This document shows positions 47,325 through 50,464 of a stretch of 50,464 nt of DNA, in pieces (positions within the stretch are counted from its first letter, which is position 1; every line of letters begins with the position of its first letter). The position numbers were made by a program, and so were the translations under genes. The notes below the pieces were generated by a model. It was not told where the DNA came from and ran no database searches. It saw nothing but the letters and a program-made list of their open reading frames with translations. This DNA comes from Sphingomonadaceae bacterium (GTDB taxonomy: Bacteria; Pseudomonadota; Alphaproteobacteria; Sphingomonadales; Sphingomonadaceae), in contig CANJSX010000001.1 of the NCBI GenBank assembly GCA_947477055.1, positions 1-50,464 on the forward strand. Direction: 5' to 3'.

Positions 47325-47338
47325 ATGATCAGCATCAA
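47325..47338 (-). promoter_or_regulatory. FNR/FixK box
   Basis: Minus strand TTGAT-GCTG-ATCAT (one mismatch to TTGAT-N4-ATCAA), with a CATACA -10 at 47302-47297 giving class II geometry for usp. Confidence 0.7.
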
Positions 47339-47484
47339 TCTTTGCGAATGAGCCGGAAGCACGACATCCGGATCAGCTTTTCGTGCCGCCGGTTGCGCCC
47401 CGCGCAATCACCGCTGCGCCGCGCGCAATTGCGGTACCGGTCCCGATGGGCTAGGCGGCTCCGTCGACCAGGAAGGGGTGCCTG

Positions 47485-48207
47485 ATGAACAAGCTTTACC
47501 CGAGCGCCAAAGCGGCGCTCGACGGCCTGCTGAAGAATGATCTGCTCATCGCCTGCGGCGGCTTCGGCCTGGCTGGCGTGCCCGAGCGGCTGCTTGAGGC
47601 GATCTGCGAAAGCGGGGTTACCGGACTGACGTTTGCCAGCAACAATGCCGGCATCGACGGCGAGGGCATCGGCAAGCTGCTGCGCACCCATCAGGTCAAG
47701 AAGATGATCTCGTCCTATGTCGGCGAGAACAAGGAATTTGAGCGGCAGTATCTCTCGGGCGAGCTTGAGGTGGAATTCTCCCCGCAAGGCACCCTGGCCG
47801 AGCGGATGCGCGCCGGCGGCGCCGGCATCCCCGGCTTCTACACCAAGACCGGGGTCGGCACGCTGGTGGCCGAAGGCAAGGAAGTGAAGATGTTCGACGG
47901 CGAGGAATATATCCTCGAGCGCGGGATCTTCGCTGACCTCAGCCTGGTCAAGGCATGGAAGGCTGACACCACCGGCAACGTCATGTTCCGCAAGACCGCC
48001 CGCAACTTCAACGTGCCGGCGGCAACCTGCGGCAAGGTCTGTTTGGTCGAGGTGGAAGAAGTTGTCGAAACCGGCTCGCTCGATCCGGACTGCATCCACC
48101 TGCCGGGCATCTACGTCCAGCGCGTCTTCGTCGGCGCGCCTTACGACAAGAAGATCGAGTTCCGCACCACCCGGCCTCGTGAAACAGCCAATGGGGAGAC
48201 CGTCTGA
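47485..48207 (+). CDS. scoA: 3-oxoacid CoA-transferase subunit A
   Basis: [56 protein letters not shown]. Confidence 0.9.
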   Translation: MNKLYPSAKAALDGLLKNDLLIACGGFGLAGVPERLLEAICESGVTGLTFASNNAGIDGEGIGKLLRTHQVKKMISSYVGENKEFERQYLSGELEVEFSPQGTLAERMRAGGAGIPGFYTKTGVGTLVAEGKEVKMFDGEEYILERGIFADLSLVKAWKADTTGNVMFRKTARNFNVPAATCGKVCLVEVEEVVETGSLDPDCIHLPGIYVQRVFVGAPYDKKIEFRTTRPRETANGETV

Positions 48208-48866
48208 TGACCACGCATGACGGAATCACCAAGGGCTGGAGCCGCGACCAGATGGCCGCCCGCGCCGCGCAGGAACTGCAGGACGGCTATTATGTGAACC
48301 TCGGCATCGGCATCCCGACGCTGGTGGCCAACCATGTGCCCGAAGGCATCCTGGTGACGCTGCAGAGCGAGAACGGGATGCTCGGCATCGGGCCATTCCC
48401 CTATGACGACGAGGTCGATCCCGACCTGATCAACGCCGGCAAGCAGACCGTGAGCGAATTGCCGCATTCGGCCTTTTTCGACAGCGCGCAGTCTTTCGCC
48501 ATGATCCGCGGCGGGCATATCGACCTTGCTGTGCTCGGCGCGATGGAAGTGGCCGAGAATGGCGACATCGCCAACTGGATGATCCCGGGCAAGATGATCA
48601 AGGGCATGGGCGGGGCGATGGATCTCGTCGCCGGCGTCAAGAAGATCATCGTCATCATGGAGCACTGCGCCAAGGATGGCAGCGCCAAGTTCGTGCCGGC
48701 CTGCACCTTGCCGCTGACTGGCAGGAACGTGGTCGACATGATCGTCACGGACCTGTGCGTGTTCCAGCGCCCGGATCACGCCTCGCCGTTCCGCCTGATC
48801 GAATGCGCGCCCGGCGTGACCAAGGAAGACGTGCGGGCCCGCACCACGGCGCATTACGTCGAATAG
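48207..48866 (+). CDS. scoB: 3-oxoacid CoA-transferase subunit B
   Basis: [15 protein letters not shown] (catalytic Glu), [30 protein letters not shown]. Confidence 0.92.
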   Translation: MTTHDGITKGWSRDQMAARAAQELQDGYYVNLGIGIPTLVANHVPEGILVTLQSENGMLGIGPFPYDDEVDPDLINAGKQTVSELPHSAFFDSAQSFAMIRGGHIDLAVLGAMEVAENGDIANWMIPGKMIKGMGGAMDLVAGVKKIIVIMEHCAKDGSAKFVPACTLPLTGRNVVDMIVTDLCVFQRPDHASPFRLIECAPGVTKEDVRARTTAHYVE

Positions 48867-48895
48867 GGTTTGTCCCCGACCGGCATTATGGGAGA

Positions 48896-49561
48896 ATGGC
48901 GGACATGGACTTGTCCGCCGCCTTCCGTGATCGATACCTCGATGTGCTGGCGTCGATCTATATCTACAACGAGCATCGCGGTTATACCTCGCTTGACCGC
49001 GTGATCGAAGCGGTGTGGCAGCGCGGCCCCGGCGAGGACGCCTTCCTCGCGGAAGTGATCAGCCACCGCGCCGACGAGCATAAGCACTACGTGATGTTCC
49101 GGCGCTGGTTCCAGCGGCAAGGCCGGATGCCACTGCGGGTCGATCACAGCTGCGGGCATATCGACCGCTTCGTCCAGTGGATCTTCCGCTGCTCGATCGA
49201 GGAGCTGGATACCGCCGAGACCGTGGCCTCGGCCGAACACTTCGAGCAGCTGTGCCGGGTGATCATGCTGACCGAACAGCGCGGGCTGCGGCAGGTCGAG
49301 GTGCTGCTCAGGGACCGGCACGTGCAATCCGATCGCGCGCTGACCCGGATCTTCGAGGTGGTGCATCGGGACGAGCCGGACCATTTCCTGCCTTACCAAC
49401 GCTGGCTCGAACGCAATGGGCGGGTGCAGGCCAGCTGGAACGAACGCGCGGCCGACTGGTGGATCCACAAGGTGCTGATGCTGGTGAGGCTGCCGGCACT
49501 GTTCCTCAATCGCAGCGCGCCGCGGCTCAAGCACTGGCCCGACGAAATTCCCGTCCATTGA
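48896..49561 (+). CDS. Ferritin-like domain protein
   Basis: Diiron pattern NEHRG...DEHKH...TEQRG...DEPDH. Confidence 0.8.
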   Translation: MADMDLSAAFRDRYLDVLASIYIYNEHRGYTSLDRVIEAVWQRGPGEDAFLAEVISHRADEHKHYVMFRRWFQRQGRMPLRVDHSCGHIDRFVQWIFRCSIEELDTAETVASAEHFEQLCRVIMLTEQRGLRQVEVLLRDRHVQSDRALTRIFEVVHRDEPDHFLPYQRWLERNGRVQASWNERAADWWIHKVLMLVRLPALFLNRSAPRLKHWPDEIPVH

Positions 49562-49592
49562 CCTTGCAGCGCCGCGCCTTAGGCTGGCGGGC

Positions 49593-50279
49593 ATGGGCTA
49601 CACCCTGATCACCGCCAACCGCAATTATTCGAGCTGGAGCCTGCGCCCCTGGGTGCTGATGAAAGCTCTGGGTATTCCCTTTGAGGACCGGCTCGAGCCT
49701 TTCACCAAGCCAGACAACTACGACGATTTCCGCAGCTTCTCGCCGACCGGGCAGGTGCCGGTGCTGATCGACGGCGAGCGGGTGATCCCGGATTCGCTCG
49801 GCATTGCGCTGTACCTCGCCGATCGGCACCCGGGCATCTGGCCCGAAGGCGAGGATGCGCGGGTCTTCGCGCAGGGTGCAGTCGCGGAAATGCGTGGCGG
49901 CTTCGGCCATTTGCGAGGCGATTGCACGATGAACGTCGGGGTGCGGGTGAAGCCCAAGCCGATGTCGCTGGGCCTGCGGCGCAACGTAGAGCGTGTCCGC
50001 GAAATCTTCGAGACCGGCCTTGCCCGCTTCGGCGGACCCTGGCTGGCCGGGGCTGAGTTCGGTGCGGTGGATGCCTTCTACGCCCCGGTCGCCTGGCGCA
50101 TCCGCACCTACGGACTAGATGTCGGAGAGGGGCAGGGCTGGACCCGCCACATCATCGCCCACCCCGCCATGCAGCAATGGGAAGCCGCGGCGCTGGCCGA
50201 GACCTGGCGCGAGGTGAGCCACGAGGAAGAGCTTGCCGCCTGCGGGGCAATCACTGCCGATTACCGGGCGGGCGCCTGA
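49593..50279 (+). CDS. Glutathione S-transferase family protein
   Basis: NRNYSSWSLRPW, SPTGQVPVL, DSLGI..YLAD, F..VDAFYAPV. Confidence 0.92.
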   Translation: MGYTLITANRNYSSWSLRPWVLMKALGIPFEDRLEPFTKPDNYDDFRSFSPTGQVPVLIDGERVIPDSLGIALYLADRHPGIWPEGEDARVFAQGAVAEMRGGFGHLRGDCTMNVGVRVKPKPMSLGLRRNVERVREIFETGLARFGGPWLAGAEFGAVDAFYAPVAWRIRTYGLDVGEGQGWTRHIIAHPAMQQWEAAALAETWREVSHEEELAACGAITADYRAGA

Positions 50280-50280
50280 C

Positions 50281-50464
50281 TTGCGCCGCGATTCCCCTGC
50301 CCTCGCACTGTTCCTGCTGACCGCGATCAGCACGATCGGCTTCGTCGACCGGATCATCATGAACGTGCTGGTCGAGCCGCTCCGCAAGGAGTTTGCGCTC
50401 ACCGATACCCAGATCGGCCTGCTGGTCGGCCTTGCCTTTGCCGTGCTCAACGTCGTGCGGGGCA
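50281..50464 (+). CDS. MFS transporter, N-terminal fragment (runs off window)
   Basis: LFLLTAISTIGFVDRIIMNVLVEPLRKEFALTDTQIGLLVGLAFA from TTG 50281. Confidence 0.8.
   Translation, partial: MRRDSPALALFLLTAISTIGFVDRIIMNVLVEPLRKEFALTDTQIGLLVGLAFAVLNVVRG

Noticed and set aside
49593-50279. GST as a beta-etherase (LigE/F/G)
   Set aside because: NYSSWSLRPW marks a generic proteobacterial GST class, and the gene is about 12 kb from the lignin cluster.

Overview
GC-rich alphaproteobacterial chromosome segment, very likely Sphingomonadaceae (Novosphingobium-like). All family assignments come from motifs and remembered homologues, not database searches. The left end is a genomic-island border: a P4-type tyrosine integrase beside tRNA-Gly(TCC) and tRNA-Arg(CCG), interrupted by an IS3-family element. 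Core genes follow: LexA-boxed mmcB, a crtG-like hydroxylase, MFS, an acidic PAS protein, M48/DsbA, LytS/LytTR, nadC, RNase T2, tadA, rpmB, a TonB-dependent receptor plus TPR-sulfotransferase, xseA and purD sharing one CATG start, and a frameshifted LexA-boxed rhuM. At 29-38 kb lies a lignin-dimer catabolic cluster (ligW-, ferD-, pcfL-, ligN- and ligO-like genes, two MFS, and an extra SnoaL protein). The right part holds sthA, an AraC/cupin regulator, a Cdc48-cyclophilin-beta-CASP operon, a SuhB/MmgR-like sRNA, an FNR-boxed usp, scoAB, a ferritin-like protein and GST. The standout is an unannotated 45-aa, 13-Cys, His-free metallothionein-like gene (40720-40857) divergent from the AraC regulator. 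Several genes carry single in-frame stops or a 1-bp deletion, which could be pseudogenisation or sequence error.
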